From assembly GCA_001798715.1 (NCBI GenBank), contig MGSF01000022.1, positions 21,899 to 85,898 of the forward strand: 64,000 nucleotides of DNA. The letters are read 5' to 3'. The notes beneath the pieces are model-generated. The model was not told where the DNA came from and searched no databases. It saw nothing but the letters and a program-made list of their open reading frames with translations. A program made the position numbers and the translations under genes. Positions 45,260-55,494 of this stretch are shown piece by piece. The first letter of the stretch is position 1. Every line of letters starts with the position of its first letter. Source of the DNA: Deltaproteobacteria bacterium RIFCSPLOWO2_02_FULL_50_16. GTDB lineage: Bacteria; UBA10199; 2-02-FULL-50-16.

Positions 45260-45280
45260 GATTGAGAAACATTCTCAATC
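45260..45280. promoter_or_regulatory. Fur-box-like operator 1
   Basis: Perfect 9-3-9 palindrome GATTGAGAA-ACA-TTCTCAATC immediately before a TTGACA hexamer (45281-45286). Confidence 0.75.
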
Positions 45281-45322
45281 TTGACACAGAGGCGCATTTG
45301 GCGCCTCTTTTATGGACTATAA

Positions 45323-45341
45323 ATTGAGAATAGTTCTCAAT
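45323..45341. promoter_or_regulatory. Fur-box-like operator 2
   Basis: ATTGAGAA-TAG-TTCTCAAT, same arms as operator 1. Confidence 0.75.
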
Positions 45342-45391
45342 ATTGTCCTCCGACAAGGGGTCGGTATTTTGGAAAAATGAGGAGGTTGGTC

Positions 45392-45583
45392 ATGCTCGGT
45401 TTGCTCAACGTTCGCATTTGTCCCAAGGGGCATGTTGTCTTCAAGCTGGATGGGCTCTCCATTCATTTGAGCTGGGACGAATTTTGGCAGCTTTCAAATA
45501 TTTTTGAAGGTGTCAAAAAAGAGATGCTGAAACTCAAATCTCGAAAGGATTTTGACCAGTTGAGTGCGGAAACGACGCATTAA
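45392..45583 (+). CDS. Small hypothetical protein, first gene after the Fur boxes
   Basis: AGGAGG SD 6 nt before ATG 45392; C..GH...H residues. Confidence 0.7.
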   Translation: MLGLLNVRICPKGHVVFKLDGLSIHLSWDEFWQLSNIFEGVKKEMLKLKSRKDFDQLSAETTH

Positions 45584-45613
45584 ACAGTACATTTTATGAA
45601 AGGAGATCTTGTT

Positions 45614-46840
45614 ATGATGTTACGCCATCGGTTTTTGCCATTCATAGTATTCGGAATGCTCTCATCCGTTTGTATTTCAAAAATTTCCTGGGCGACTTCC
45701 TCCAATGATGGACCTGAGATCCAGGTGGCTAGCGAGGCACTCGCTGAATCAACTCACGCCGACGGCCTCAAAAGGATTGGTGATTTCGGGAGAGTCCATC
45801 TTTTTGGTTATGGAGAACTGCACTATAATAACCCCATTGGATCCTCAGCGGATGAATTCGATTTCCATCGTTTTGTCATTGGTCTCGGATTTGATTTTAC
45901 TGAAAAAATAAAATTTGAAGCCGAACTTGATTTTGAACACGCCTTTAAAGAGCCCGAACTCGAATTTGCCCATATTGATTTTGGTCTCAATGATTGGGCC
46001 ACTCTTAGGGTGGGAAGCCTCCTCGTCCCCATGGGGGTGATCAATCAACACCATGAACCCCCCTTGTTTAATGGTGTGGAACGTCCGACCTTTTACAGTG
46101 TCATCATTCCGACTTCCTGGATGGAGGCGGGTATTGGTTTTTATGGAAACCTTTCCCATGGATTTGACTATCAACTGTATCTTATGAGTACCCCCAAGGC
46201 CGTGACATTGGACGGGACCGGGACCTTTGATCAGGGCTTTAGCGGCTCTACTGGTATTCGTGGGGGCCGTTTTAAGGTGGGTGAGGCCCCGGGTCGGGAT
46301 GTGGGCGGCTCCTTTCGTCTTCAAAATACCTATTTTCCCGGTTTTCGAATGGGGACTTCGGCCTTTTTGGGCAATACCGCTCATGGGCAGGCAGGGGTGG
46401 GTGGTGCCTTTCTGGCAATGATAGAGGCCGATGCTAAATATAGCCTTGAGGGGATCGACCTCGAAGGGATTTTTGGTTTTAATTCCCTCTCCGATGCTGG
46501 AAATGTGAATACCGTCATTGCCGGTGGCGGTGGGACCAACTTTGTGGGCAGTCAGATGTTGGGTTATTATTTAGAGGCTGGTTATCATCTCTTTTATCAT
46601 CTTTGGCCGGAGACAAAACATGATCTCATCGCCTTTGGCCGGTTTGAGGATATCGATACCCAATACAAGATACCCGCCGGTTTTGCCAAAAATCAGGCCA
46701 ATGACAAACGCCTCGTGACGGCTGGATTAACCTATAAGCCGATTCCTCAGATTGCGATCAAGGCCAACTACACCTGGAATTGGAATGATGCCAATAGTGG
46801 TGTGGATCAGTTTGACGCCGGGATTGGTTTTTATTACTGA
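45614..46840 (+). CDS. Outer-membrane beta-barrel (porin-like)
   Basis: AAGGAG SD; signal peptide; GYGELHYN, alternating beta strands, terminal GIGFYY. Confidence 0.85.
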   Translation: MMLRHRFLPFIVFGMLSSVCISKISWATSSNDGPEIQVASEALAESTHADGLKRIGDFGRVHLFGYGELHYNNPIGSSADEFDFHRFVIGLGFDFTEKIKFEAELDFEHAFKEPELEFAHIDFGLNDWATLRVGSLLVPMGVINQHHEPPLFNGVERPTFYSVIIPTSWMEAGIGFYGNLSHGFDYQLYLMSTPKAVTLDGTGTFDQGFSGSTGIRGGRFKVGEAPGRDVGGSFRLQNTYFPGFRMGTSAFLGNTAHGQAGVGGAFLAMIEADAKYSLEGIDLEGIFGFNSLSDAGNVNTVIAGGGGTNFVGSQMLGYYLEAGYHLFYHLWPETKHDLIAFGRFEDIDTQYKIPAGFAKNQANDKRLVTAGLTYKPIPQIAIKANYTWNWNDANSGVDQFDAGIGFYY

Positions 46841-46873
46841 TTTGTAAAAAATTAGTTTATTTCATCGGCTCCC

Positions 46874-46914
46874 ATCCCGGGCATCGTTTTTTAACGGTGT
46901 CCGGGATTATTTTT
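46874..46914 (+). terminator. Intrinsic terminator-like hairpin after the porin gene
   Basis: ATCCCGGGCATCGTT/AACGGTGTCCGGGAT (with G-U pairs) followed by TATTTTT. Confidence 0.7.
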
Positions 46915-46961
46915 CATGATTTTTTTTCAAAAACAAGTATTGTTTATGAAAGAGAAGGATT

Positions 46962-47546
46962 TTGAAGGTGAAATTTTTTGATTTTTCAAGAAAAAGTAGA
47001 TTATTTCTTGTATTTTTCTGTCTCCAGGTCTCTTCCCTTTGGGCCTTTCAGAGCGTTTATCTGTCGCCAAAGGAGGCCTTAAGACAGGTCTTTCATGCCT
47101 CAAAGGTCGTCGTCAGCGAGAAGAGGGTCTTGGATGCCGAGCAGGCGGCGTGGATCGTAAAAAAAAGCGGTCTGAAACCGCCCCAATCCGAATGGACCTT
47201 TTATCTGGGAAAGACGGATGAAAAGATTGACGGGTATGCCCTGATCGATCATCAGGTGGGGAAAACGGAACCGATCACGTTTATGACGGTCATCAATCCT
47301 GACGGAAGGGTCAGGGATGTGATGATATTGGTTTATCGAGAGACCCACGGCTCTGAGGTGAGGCATAAAAACTTTTTGAGACAATTTTATGGAAAAGAGG
47401 CCCATCATCCGGTACGTCTTGGACAGGATATTGATGTAGTGAGTGGGGCGACATTGTCATCCAGGGCTCTTGCGGTGGGTGTGAAGAGGGCCCTATTATT
47501 GTGGGAGATTTTTTATGGAAAACACGGGTCCATTACGGCTCGGTAG
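46962..47546 (+). CDS. Exported FMN-binding protein with flavinylation motif
   Basis: Signal-like N-terminus; YRETHGSEV, FLRQF.GK, DVVSGATLSS ([S/T]GA[S/T]). Confidence 0.85.
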   Translation: MKVKFFDFSRKSRLFLVFFCLQVSSLWAFQSVYLSPKEALRQVFHASKVVVSEKRVLDAEQAAWIVKKSGLKPPQSEWTFYLGKTDEKIDGYALIDHQVGKTEPITFMTVINPDGRVRDVMILVYRETHGSEVRHKNFLRQFYGKEAHHPVRLGQDIDVVSGATLSSRALAVGVKRALLLWEIFYGKHGSITAR

Positions 47547-47997
47547 CCTTCGTCTGTCTCTTAAGATATTGGTGACTAGTTTTATTGTTTTTATGGTTTT
47601 GGGGTATGGGGTGGCCCTCGTCAAAATCTATCATATTTCTCATTTCAGTTTGGATGAGGCGCAGCTTTATTATCGTGGTGATGAGGCGAGTGAGGGGGTT
47701 TTTATCCCGCAAACTTTTTCCTCGCTCTTGTCCGTGTCCCATGTTCATCTCTTTAGCCAGCCGGTGATGTTTGCATTGATAGGCTTCTTGTTTTGTTTTT
47801 CTTTTTTGAGGGAGAAGACAAAATCCATTGTTATTGCTACGGCCTTTTTGGGGATTTTGATGAACACTCTTGCGCCATGGATGGTCCGCTACGGGTCTTC
47901 TCAGTGTGTCTTTCTCTTTCCCCTCTCACAAGTCCTGATGATGCCCGCCTTCTTTTTGATGGTCTTTGTGATCCTCTATGAGATGTGGCGGCACTGA
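47515..47997 (+). CDS. Multi-pass membrane protein with HxH motif
   Basis: About four hydrophobic segments, YYRG loop, SHVHLFS; overlaps the FMN-binding gene. Confidence 0.7.
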   Translation: MENTGPLRLGSLRLSLKILVTSFIVFMVLGYGVALVKIYHISHFSLDEAQLYYRGDEASEGVFIPQTFSSLLSVSHVHLFSQPVMFALIGFLFCFSFLREKTKSIVIATAFLGILMNTLAPWMVRYGSSQCVFLFPLSQVLMMPAFFLMVFVILYEMWRH

Positions 47998-48083
47998 TCC
48001 CTTCTAAATTCTTCCTTGACTCTTCACGGCCTCGATGAGATAAGTGCATTGATTTCAATAAGTTAATCTATTTTTTAAAATCC

Positions 48084-50531
48084 ATGGATTCAAAATATCT
48101 TCCTCAAGAAATAGAAAAAAAATGGCAGGCCAGTTGGGAGAAACACAAAATCTTCAAGGTGAATGAGGATCCCCGTGTTCCGCCCTCCAAGAGGTACTAT
48201 TGTCTGGAGATGTTCCCTTATCCTTCCGGCAGGATTCATATGGGGCATGTGCGTAATTATGCCATTGGAGACGTGATCGCTCGTTATAAAAAGATGAAAG
48301 GCTTTAATGTCCTTCATCCCATTGGCTGGGATTCCTTTGGCATGCCTGCCGAAAATGCGGCCATAGCCCATCAGGTGCCCCCTCAGAAGTGGACCTATCA
48401 GAATATTCAACACATGAGGTTGCAGCTCAAGGCCTTGGGGCTTTCCTATGATTGGGATCGAGAGATCAGTACCTGTGAACCTGACTACTATCGTTGGGAA
48501 CAGGAGATCTTTATCAAGATGTTTGAGAAGGGTCTGGCTTATAAAAGGCATTCCATGGTCAATTGGTGTCCCTCGTGTCAGACGGTTTTGGCCAATGAAC
48601 AGGTGGAGCAGGGGCAATGTTGGCGCTGTGAATCTCCTGTCGAGCAGAAGCCGTTAGAGCAGTGGTTTTTTAAGATCACGGCCTATGCCGAGGAATTATT
48701 GAAAGAGATGGATCATCTTAGGGGCGGTTGGCCCGAACGAGTGCTGACTATGCAGCAAGAATGGATCGGACGAAGTACCGGGGCTTCTATTAAATTTCCC
48801 TTAGAAAAAAAATTGGGAGATCAAAAAGAAATTGAGGTGTTTACGACACGCCCCGACACCCTCTATGGGGCGACATTTATGTCCATTGCTGCAGAGCACC
48901 CGTTGGCCCAGAGACTGGCTCAGGGGACAGGGCAGGAAGAGGCCATTGCCGATTTTGCCAAAAAAGTGAGGACCATGGATAGGACCCGGCGTCTTGCGGA
49001 GGAGTATGAAAAAGAGGGTGTTTTTACCGGTAGTTATTGTTTTAATCCCCTGACAGGCACAAAAATTCCAGTGTATGCGGCCAATTTTGTCTTGATGGAA
49101 TATGGCACGGGTTGTGTGATGGCGGTCCCTGCCCATGATCAGCGTGACTTTGAATTTGCAAAAAAATATAACCTCCCGATCATTGTGGTCATCCAACCTC
49201 AAGGGAAAATTTTGGATCCTGGAACGATGAAGGGGGCCTATGAAGGTGTCGGAGTTATGGATCATTCGGGTTCCTTTGATGGCACTCCCAACGAAGAGGG
49301 CAAGATGAGGGTTTGTGAATTTTTGGAGAAGAAAAAAATAGGCAAGGCCACAGTCACCTACAAGCTCCGTGACTGGGGAATTTCCAGACAACGTTATTGG
49401 GGGGCCCCCATTCCCATTATTTATTGTAAGGATTGTGGGACTGTTCCCGTTCCACTCAAAGATTTGCCTGTCAACCTTCCTGCCGATGTCAAGCTGACGG
49501 GTCTTGGGGGATCTCCCCTGGCCCAGCTTCGGTCATTTTGGGAGGTGGATTGTCCGCAATGTAAAAAGAAGGCCCGGCGGGAAACGGACACCATGGACAC
49601 GTTTGTAGAATCCTCATGGTATTTTGATCGCTATACAGATGCATCCTCCAAAAAAGGGCCTTTTGACAAAGAAAAGGTGGGATATTGGATGCCGGTTCAT
49701 CAATATATTGGCGGGATTGAACATGCCGTTCTCCATCTTCTTTATGCAAGGTTCTTTACCAAGGTCCTGCGTGATCTTGGATATCTTGATTGTGACGAGC
49801 CCTTTATCCGTCTCTTGACTCAGGGGATGGTGATCAAGGATGGGGCCAAGATGAGCAAATCGAAGGGCAATGTCGTCGATCCCGATGCCTTGATTGGTCA
49901 GTATGGAGCCGATACGGCCCGCATTTTTAGTCTCTTTGCGGCCCCCCCGGAAAAGGACCTTGATTGGAGCGATCAAGGAGTTCAGGGGGCCTCCCGGTTT
50001 TTGGGGCGGGTATGGCGGTTGGTGTGGAATTTTAAGAATGGGGTTTTAATTGTTGGCCAAGAAGGAGACCAAGACCGTTTTTGGATCCATAAGACGATCA
50101 AGAAAGTCACGCGCGATCTTGACGGTTTTCAGTTTAATACGGCTATTGCCGCCTTGATGGAATATCTTAACTATATTGAAAAGGAGAGTTCTCACCCTTC
50201 GATGCGATCCATTGAGGTGCTCATTATCTTATTGGCCCCCTTTGCGCCGCATATTGCCGAAGAGCTTTGGGGTGAATTGGGGCATCAGGGATTTTTGTCC
50301 ACTTATTTATGGCCTGACTATGATGAAACGGCTCTGAAGAAAGATACGATGTTGATCGTCGTTCAAGTAAAGGGAAAGGTGAGGGCAAAAATCAAAATGG
50401 ACGCCTCTCTTTCCGAAGATGAGATTAAAAAGATAGCCCTTGAAGACGAAAAAGTTAAAAAATATATTACAGGCAGTGTCAAAAAAGTAATTTATGTTCC
50501 CAAAAAACTCGTCAATGTGGTGGTAGAATGA
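48084..50531 (+). CDS. leuS: Leucine-tRNA ligase
   Basis: [35 protein letters not shown]. Confidence 0.98.
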   Translation: MDSKYLPQEIEKKWQASWEKHKIFKVNEDPRVPPSKRYYCLEMFPYPSGRIHMGHVRNYAIGDVIARYKKMKGFNVLHPIGWDSFGMPAENAAIAHQVPPQKWTYQNIQHMRLQLKALGLSYDWDREISTCEPDYYRWEQEIFIKMFEKGLAYKRHSMVNWCPSCQTVLANEQVEQGQCWRCESPVEQKPLEQWFFKITAYAEELLKEMDHLRGGWPERVLTMQQEWIGRSTGASIKFPLEKKLGDQKEIEVFTTRPDTLYGATFMSIAAEHPLAQRLAQGTGQEEAIADFAKKVRTMDRTRRLAEEYEKEGVFTGSYCFNPLTGTKIPVYAANFVLMEYGTGCVMAVPAHDQRDFEFAKKYNLPIIVVIQPQGKILDPGTMKGAYEGVGVMDHSGSFDGTPNEEGKMRVCEFLEKKKIGKATVTYKLRDWGISRQRYWGAPIPIIYCKDCGTVPVPLKDLPVNLPADVKLTGLGGSPLAQLRSFWEVDCPQCKKKARRETDTMDTFVESSWYFDRYTDASSKKGPFDKEKVGYWMPVHQYIGGIEHAVLHLLYARFFTKVLRDLGYLDCDEPFIRLLTQGMVIKDGAKMSKSKGNVVDPDALIGQYGADTARIFSLFAAPPEKDLDWSDQGVQGASRFLGRVWRLVWNFKNGVLIVGQEGDQDRFWIHKTIKKVTRDLDGFQFNTAIAALMEYLNYIEKESSHPSMRSIEVLIILLAPFAPHIAEELWGELGHQGFLSTYLWPDYDETALKKDTMLIVVQVKGKVRAKIKMDASLSEDEIKKIALEDEKVKKYITGSVKKVIYVPKKLVNVVVE

Positions 50532-51559
50532 TTTATTTGCTCTACGGTGCAGAGTCCTTTTTATTAGATCGATTTCTCGCATCTCTTGAATCGAATGTCT
50601 TGAAGGGTGGAATCAGAGATTTCAATCGGGATCTTTTTTCCGGCAAGACGGCGACGGCCAAGAGTATTATTGAGGCCAGCTTGACCCTTCCGATGATGGC
50701 TGAAAAGAGAATGATACTGGTGAGGGAGGCGGAGTTTTTTAATAAGAATGATCAAGAAAAATTGATGGCCGCCACGGATCAAATCCCCGAAACAACAGTA
50801 CTGGTTTTTGTGGCTCATAAAATTGATCGTCGTCAATTGTTTTGGCAGCACCTGATCAAAAAGGCAAATGTCAAACCGAAGTCAGAGACTTCGGTACCTG
50901 AGGCACCAGCGGTGCTGATCCGAGAGTTCAAACCATTGTATCCCCGCGAAATACCCTCATGGATACATGAGGAGTCCCGGAGGATGTCTGTCACTTTGGA
51001 TCCAGAGGCCATTCAAATCTTGGTAGAGCTTATCGGCACCCATTTGGTGGATCTTTCTTATACCTTGGAAAAACTAATCCTCTATGCCAGTCCTCGGCAG
51101 AGTATTACCATTGAGGATGTTGAGGCCGTGATTTGTGATGTGGCGGTGCGATCTGTTTTCGATTTGGCCGATGCGATCGGGCAGGGGAATTGGGGTCGAT
51201 CTTTATATTTTCTAGAAAAAATATTGGTGTCATCCGAGGAGCCGGCCTTGAGGGTTTTGAGCCTTATTTTGCGTCATTTTAGGATTTTGCTGAAGGCCAA
51301 GGAGGCGGAGACAAAGCGCATGCCCCAGATGGAACTGGCCCGTTTTTTGGGGGTGTCTCCTTATTTTGTCAATAACTATCAATCTCAGGCACAACGGATG
51401 ACGCGCGCACACATATTGCAGACAATGGAAATTCTTTATCAGACGGATAAGAGCCTTAAACGGAGTTTTATTCCTGATTTGCTGATTATGGAAAGGATGA
51501 TTTTTTCCCTAGCGGCCGAGCGCGGCAACCTTGCGGCTCAAGCGGCCAATTTTTCGTGA
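50528..51559 (+). CDS. holA: DNA polymerase III delta subunit
   Basis: [32 protein letters not shown]; follows leuS. Confidence 0.9.
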   Translation: MIYLLYGAESFLLDRFLASLESNVLKGGIRDFNRDLFSGKTATAKSIIEASLTLPMMAEKRMILVREAEFFNKNDQEKLMAATDQIPETTVLVFVAHKIDRRQLFWQHLIKKANVKPKSETSVPEAPAVLIREFKPLYPREIPSWIHEESRRMSVTLDPEAIQILVELIGTHLVDLSYTLEKLILYASPRQSITIEDVEAVICDVAVRSVFDLADAIGQGNWGRSLYFLEKILVSSEEPALRVLSLILRHFRILLKAKEAETKRMPQMELARFLGVSPYFVNNYQSQAQRMTRAHILQTMEILYQTDKSLKRSFIPDLLIMERMIFSLAAERGNLAAQAANFS

Positions 51560-51811
51560 AGCTGTTTTGGGGTGAAGACGTCGGTGGCGACTCGCTTTTT
51601 GAAGGAGAGAGGAAACGGTTTTGAGGGCTTCGATGGCGGATTTTTTGTCATTTTTTTGGATGGCGGCCAGGACATTTTTTGTGGATGTGCGAATGGCTGA
51701 TTTGCGTGAAACGTTAAAAGCCGTGCGCTTTATTTCTTGCCGCTGACGCTTTATCGCGGAAAGATGGCGTCCCTTGACGAGCTTTTTCTTTTTGATGGGG
51801 GCCTCGGCCAT
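51509..51811 (-). CDS. rpsT: 30S ribosomal protein S20
   Basis: [28 protein letters not shown]. Confidence 0.92.
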   Translation of the reverse strand: MAEAPIKKKKLVKGRHLSAIKRQRQEIKRTAFNVSRKSAIRTSTKNVLAAIQKNDKKSAIEALKTVSSLLQKASRHRRLHPKTASRKIGRLSRKVAALGR

Positions 51812-51870
51812 AAGTGACGCCGAGTATCATTCGCGGCACTGCTTGTCAAGGTTCTTCATGCGAGGTTTTG

Positions 51871-53436
51871 ATGAGTGAAGAAAAGAACGATATTATCAGA
51901 CGTACCGGGACAGTGAGCGGCATGACATTTTTGAGTCGTCTTTTGGGACTTATTCGCGATGTTATTGTGGCCCATGTTTTCGGGGCCAAATCTGCTGCGG
52001 ATGCCTTTTTTGTGGCCTTTCGCATACCCAATCTGTTTCGAAGGCTCTTGGCGGAAGGGGCCCTGACGGTCTCTTTTGTTCCCGTCTTTTCAGAGTATCT
52101 CAAGCAAGATCGCGAGGAAGCCAAAAAGATCGTGGGGATTGTTGCGAGTGTCTTCCTGCTGATCCTTTTGGCACTTTCCTCCGTCGCGATTATTGTAGCT
52201 CCATGGATTGTGAGGGCCATGGCCTTTGGCTTTAGCCAGGATCCGGAGAAGTTTGCCTTGACGGTTACGTTGACGCGTCTTCTTTTTCCCTACCTGGTTT
52301 TTGTCAGTCTGGCTGCCTTGGCCATGGGGGTTCTTAATTCATTGAAGCATTTTGCCGCGCCCGCCTCATCCCCCATCTTTCTCAATATTGGGATTATTAT
52401 AGGGGCTTTATTTCTGACCCCCTATTTCGATCCCCCTGTGATGGGTTTGGCCTGGGGGGTGTTGTTGGGAGGGTTGCTTCAGTTGGCGATCAATGTTCCT
52501 GTCATGGTCAAATATGGATTTTTTCCCCGTCTTCGATGGAATCCCCGGCATCCGGCAGTCAAGAAGATAGTGCATCTTATGATTCCTTCGGCCTATGGGG
52601 CGGCCGTGTATCAATTTAATGTCGTCATTATAACCTTGTTGGCCTCCTTTCTTCCTTCGGGAGCCGTCTCCTATTTATGGTATGCGGATCGTCTCATGGA
52701 ATTTCCAGTGGGGATTTTTGGTATCTCTGTGGCGGCTGTTATCTTGCCGACGCTTTCCGATCATGCCGCACACAGAAATTGGGATAAATTAAACGAAACT
52801 CTGTCCTATGGGCTCCGACTGACCTTCTTCATATCGATTCCCGCCGCTGTCGGATTGATTGTCCTTGCAGAGCCTATTATCAGGGTCATTTTTCAACATG
52901 GATCCTTTACGGATCATGCCGCCCAAGCGACGGCGCAGGCCCTCTTGTTTTTTGCACTGGGTCTCCCTTTTATTTCTGGGGTCAGGGTTGTGACAAACGC
53001 CTATTATTCTTTCCAAGAGCCAAAAACCCCAGTCAAGGTGGCTAATTTGTCCGTTTTGGTTAATTTAATTTTGGCCCTTTTATTGATGAAACCATTAAAG
53101 CACAATGGTTTGGCCTTGGCGATCAGCCTTTCCTCCTTCTTCAATTTTTTTGTTCAGGTTATTTTGTTTCAAAAAAGGATGAGAGGCCTAAGATTTCGAG
53201 ATCTGGTGATATCCGTGAGTAAAATATGTCTGGCTTCTCTCATTATGGGAGGGTTGATTCTTTGGGGGCAGCAGAAATGGCCCATCCTTGAAGAGAAAAC
53301 GCTGATACTCCAAATGGGATATCTCATGGCTTTTGTTTTTATTGGAGTGGCTATTTATGGAGGAGTATCTTGGCTCGTCAAGAGTCAGGAGATGAGAGAG
53401 GTGTTGAATCTTTGGAATGCGCCATCAAAAAAATAA
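51871..53436 (+). CDS. murJ: Lipid II flippase MurJ
   Basis: SRLLGLIRD, AFRIPNLFRRLLAEGA, YADRLMEFP.G. Confidence 0.97.
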   Translation: MSEEKNDIIRRTGTVSGMTFLSRLLGLIRDVIVAHVFGAKSAADAFFVAFRIPNLFRRLLAEGALTVSFVPVFSEYLKQDREEAKKIVGIVASVFLLILLALSSVAIIVAPWIVRAMAFGFSQDPEKFALTVTLTRLLFPYLVFVSLAALAMGVLNSLKHFAAPASSPIFLNIGIIIGALFLTPYFDPPVMGLAWGVLLGGLLQLAINVPVMVKYGFFPRLRWNPRHPAVKKIVHLMIPSAYGAAVYQFNVVIITLLASFLPSGAVSYLWYADRLMEFPVGIFGISVAAVILPTLSDHAAHRNWDKLNETLSYGLRLTFFISIPAAVGLIVLAEPIIRVIFQHGSFTDHAAQATAQALLFFALGLPFISGVRVVTNAYYSFQEPKTPVKVANLSVLVNLILALLLMKPLKHNGLALAISLSSFFNFFVQVILFQKRMRGLRFRDLVISVSKICLASLIMGGLILWGQQKWPILEEKTLILQMGYLMAFVFIGVAIYGGVSWLVKSQEMREVLNLWNAPSKK

Positions 53437-53752
53437 TATCAAAGATCCCGTAGAGCCAGCCAAAAAAAACAATAAAGGTACAAAGGATAAGCATTATTTT
53501 TATGTCGTTAAAGGCCCTAATGATTGTGGCGATTGTGATGAAGTGACTGGTGAGGACGACTTGATTCCTGGACATGATTTCTTGAAGAGAATGGATGTAA
53601 CCCCATAGTCCTATGAGGGTGGCCCCACTCACAGAGACGCTAATCACTATTCCTTGAAGATGGCGTTTGAGATAAAATTGACCGGAACCCGGAAAAATTC
53701 CCCCGGAGAGAATAAGGGCGAGATTTAATTTTTTTTGAGGGGGGATCTCCAT
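53378..53752 (-). CDS. Small membrane protein
   Basis: A.ILS..FPG.GQFY.K...G motif; three hydrophobic segments; start uncertain. Confidence 0.6.
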   Translation of the reverse strand: MEIPPQKKLNLALILSGGIFPGSGQFYLKRHLQGIVISVSVSGATLIGLWGYIHSLQEIMSRNQVVLTSHFITIATIIRAFNDIKIMLILCTFIVFFGWLYGIFDIIFLMAHSKDSTPLSSPDS

Positions 53753-53848
53753 AGGGTTACCTTGGCCTTGCTTTTCCGAAAATAGCATGATTTCACCGGT
53801 TTCTAAAGCTGAATACCGATGACTCCATCAGGGGCAAGAGGATTCAAA

Positions 53849-53877
53849 TTGACATAACCCATTGAAAGTAGTAACCT
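53849..53877 (+). promoter_or_regulatory. Possible sigma70 promoter of the yjbQ-like/phoH operon
   Basis: TTGACA-17 nt-TAACCT. Confidence 0.45.
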
Positions 53878-53891
53878 TTTCTCGATATATC

Positions 53892-54467
53892 ATGATGATC
53901 CAAAAAAACTTTTATGTCGATACCTCCCCGGAGATAGACGTTATTAATGTTTTTCATGAGGTCGATAGCGTTATTAAGGAGTCCAAGGTTTGTCAGGGAT
54001 TGGTGACCCTGATGGCCCCCTTGGAGATGGCCAGCTTTGTTATCTTGGACAGTCGGAAGGATGCTGATAAAAAATTTAAGGAGGAATTGACTGATTTTTT
54101 GAAAGAGAGCGAAAAGATCAGGGTGGATTCTCCTGCATCAGCCCCTGTCAAGAAAAGGGGAATAGGCCGTCTCCATTCGCTGGAGACCCTGCAAATCCTC
54201 AGTGGTCCAAAAATCTCCAAGGAAATGTTGATGTTCTTCATGGGCCGTACCCTGACCCTCCCGCTTTCTCAGGGAGCGATGGCGATGGATCCTTGGGATC
54301 ATGTTTATTTGCTCGATGTTGGCACTGAAGGAAGACGGCGGGAGTTTTTTGTTCAGGTCATTGGAGAAGAGGCGAACAAGGATCAGGGACGTATGCCCCT
54401 GAGAGGTCCGGCGGTTCGGGGAGGCAAGAAGGGACCGCCTCCCCAGGGGCCTTCTGTAAAGGTCTGA
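53892..54467 (+). CDS. Divergent YjbQ/UPF0047-like protein
   Basis: I.ES.V..G.V, G..LTLP...G......W..VYL.D.....RR....QVIGE pattern; usual His motifs absent. Confidence 0.6.
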   Translation: MMIQKNFYVDTSPEIDVINVFHEVDSVIKESKVCQGLVTLMAPLEMASFVILDSRKDADKKFKEELTDFLKESEKIRVDSPASAPVKKRGIGRLHSLETLQILSGPKISKEMLMFFMGRTLTLPLSQGAMAMDPWDHVYLLDVGTEGRRREFFVQVIGEEANKDQGRMPLRGPAVRGGKKGPPPQGPSVKV

Positions 54468-54492
54468 AAAATGAAACAAAGGAGAATTTGGT

Positions 54493-55467
54493 TTGAAAAA
54501 GAAAAATAGCGTGGTTGATTCCAATAATAAAGTCGTCAAACTGCGTTTCGAAGACAATAATCTCGCCCGAAATTTGTTTGGTGTTCATGATCAGAACTTA
54601 AGATCCCTGGAAAAAAAGCTGGATATTACCATTAATGTTCGGGGAACGGATGTCAGTTTGGCGGGGGGTTGTTCAGATGTTGAGATCGCTGGAAAATTAT
54701 TAAACGAATTTTATCAGTTGTTGAAAAAAGGCTATCCTGTTTTTGGATCCGATATTGAGCAGGCCGTTAAAATACTTTCGAAGGATCATGAAGCGAGCCT
54801 TCATGATATTTTTTCCCACTCGATTTTTATCCCCGCCAAGGGACATGTGATTATCCCCAAAAACTATCATCAAAAACAGTACATGGATGCCATACGACAG
54901 TCTGATTTGGTTTTTGGTATTGGTCCCGCAGGGACTGGAAAGACCTATTTGGCTGTGGCGATGGCCGTGATGGCCCTCAGTAAAAAACAGGTAGAGCGTA
55001 TTATCTTGGTGCGTCCAGCTGTGGAAGCTGGTGAAAAGATTGGGTTTTTGCCTGGTGACCTCTTGGAGAAGATCAATCCTTACTTGCGTCCTCTCTACGA
55101 TGCCCTGTATGATATGATGGATTTCGAAAAGACCGTTCAATTAAGAGAATCCGGTGTGATCGAGGTGGCCCCGTTGGCTTTTATGAGAGGGAGGACCCTG
55201 TCTTCTTCTTTTGTTATTTTGGATGAGGCGCAGAATAGTACGAGGGAGCAGATGAAGATGTTTTTGACAAGGTTAGGTTTTGGATCCAAGGTTGTTGTTA
55301 CAGGAGACATCACACAGATCGACCTGCCTGAGGGAAAGATGTCCGGTCTAGTGGAAGCCGAAGGTATTTTAAAGGGCATTCAGGGTATTTCTTTTCAATA
55401 TTTTGATGCCGGGGATGTTGTCAGACATCCCTTGGTGTCAGACATTATTGATGCTTACCAGAAGTAG
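54493..55467 (+). CDS. phoH: PhoH-like ATPase
   Basis: GPAGTGKT, RPAVEAGE, PYLRPLYD, AFMRGRT, DEAQN, VVRHPLV. Confidence 0.96.
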   Translation: MKKKNSVVDSNNKVVKLRFEDNNLARNLFGVHDQNLRSLEKKLDITINVRGTDVSLAGGCSDVEIAGKLLNEFYQLLKKGYPVFGSDIEQAVKILSKDHEASLHDIFSHSIFIPAKGHVIIPKNYHQKQYMDAIRQSDLVFGIGPAGTGKTYLAVAMAVMALSKKQVERIILVRPAVEAGEKIGFLPGDLLEKINPYLRPLYDALYDMMDFEKTVQLRESGVIEVAPLAFMRGRTLSSSFVILDEAQNSTREQMKMFLTRLGFGSKVVVTGDITQIDLPEGKMSGLVEAEGILKGIQGISFQYFDAGDVVRHPLVSDIIDAYQK

Positions 55468-55494
55468 TCATTCAAGTAGACCCATGGAATTTTT

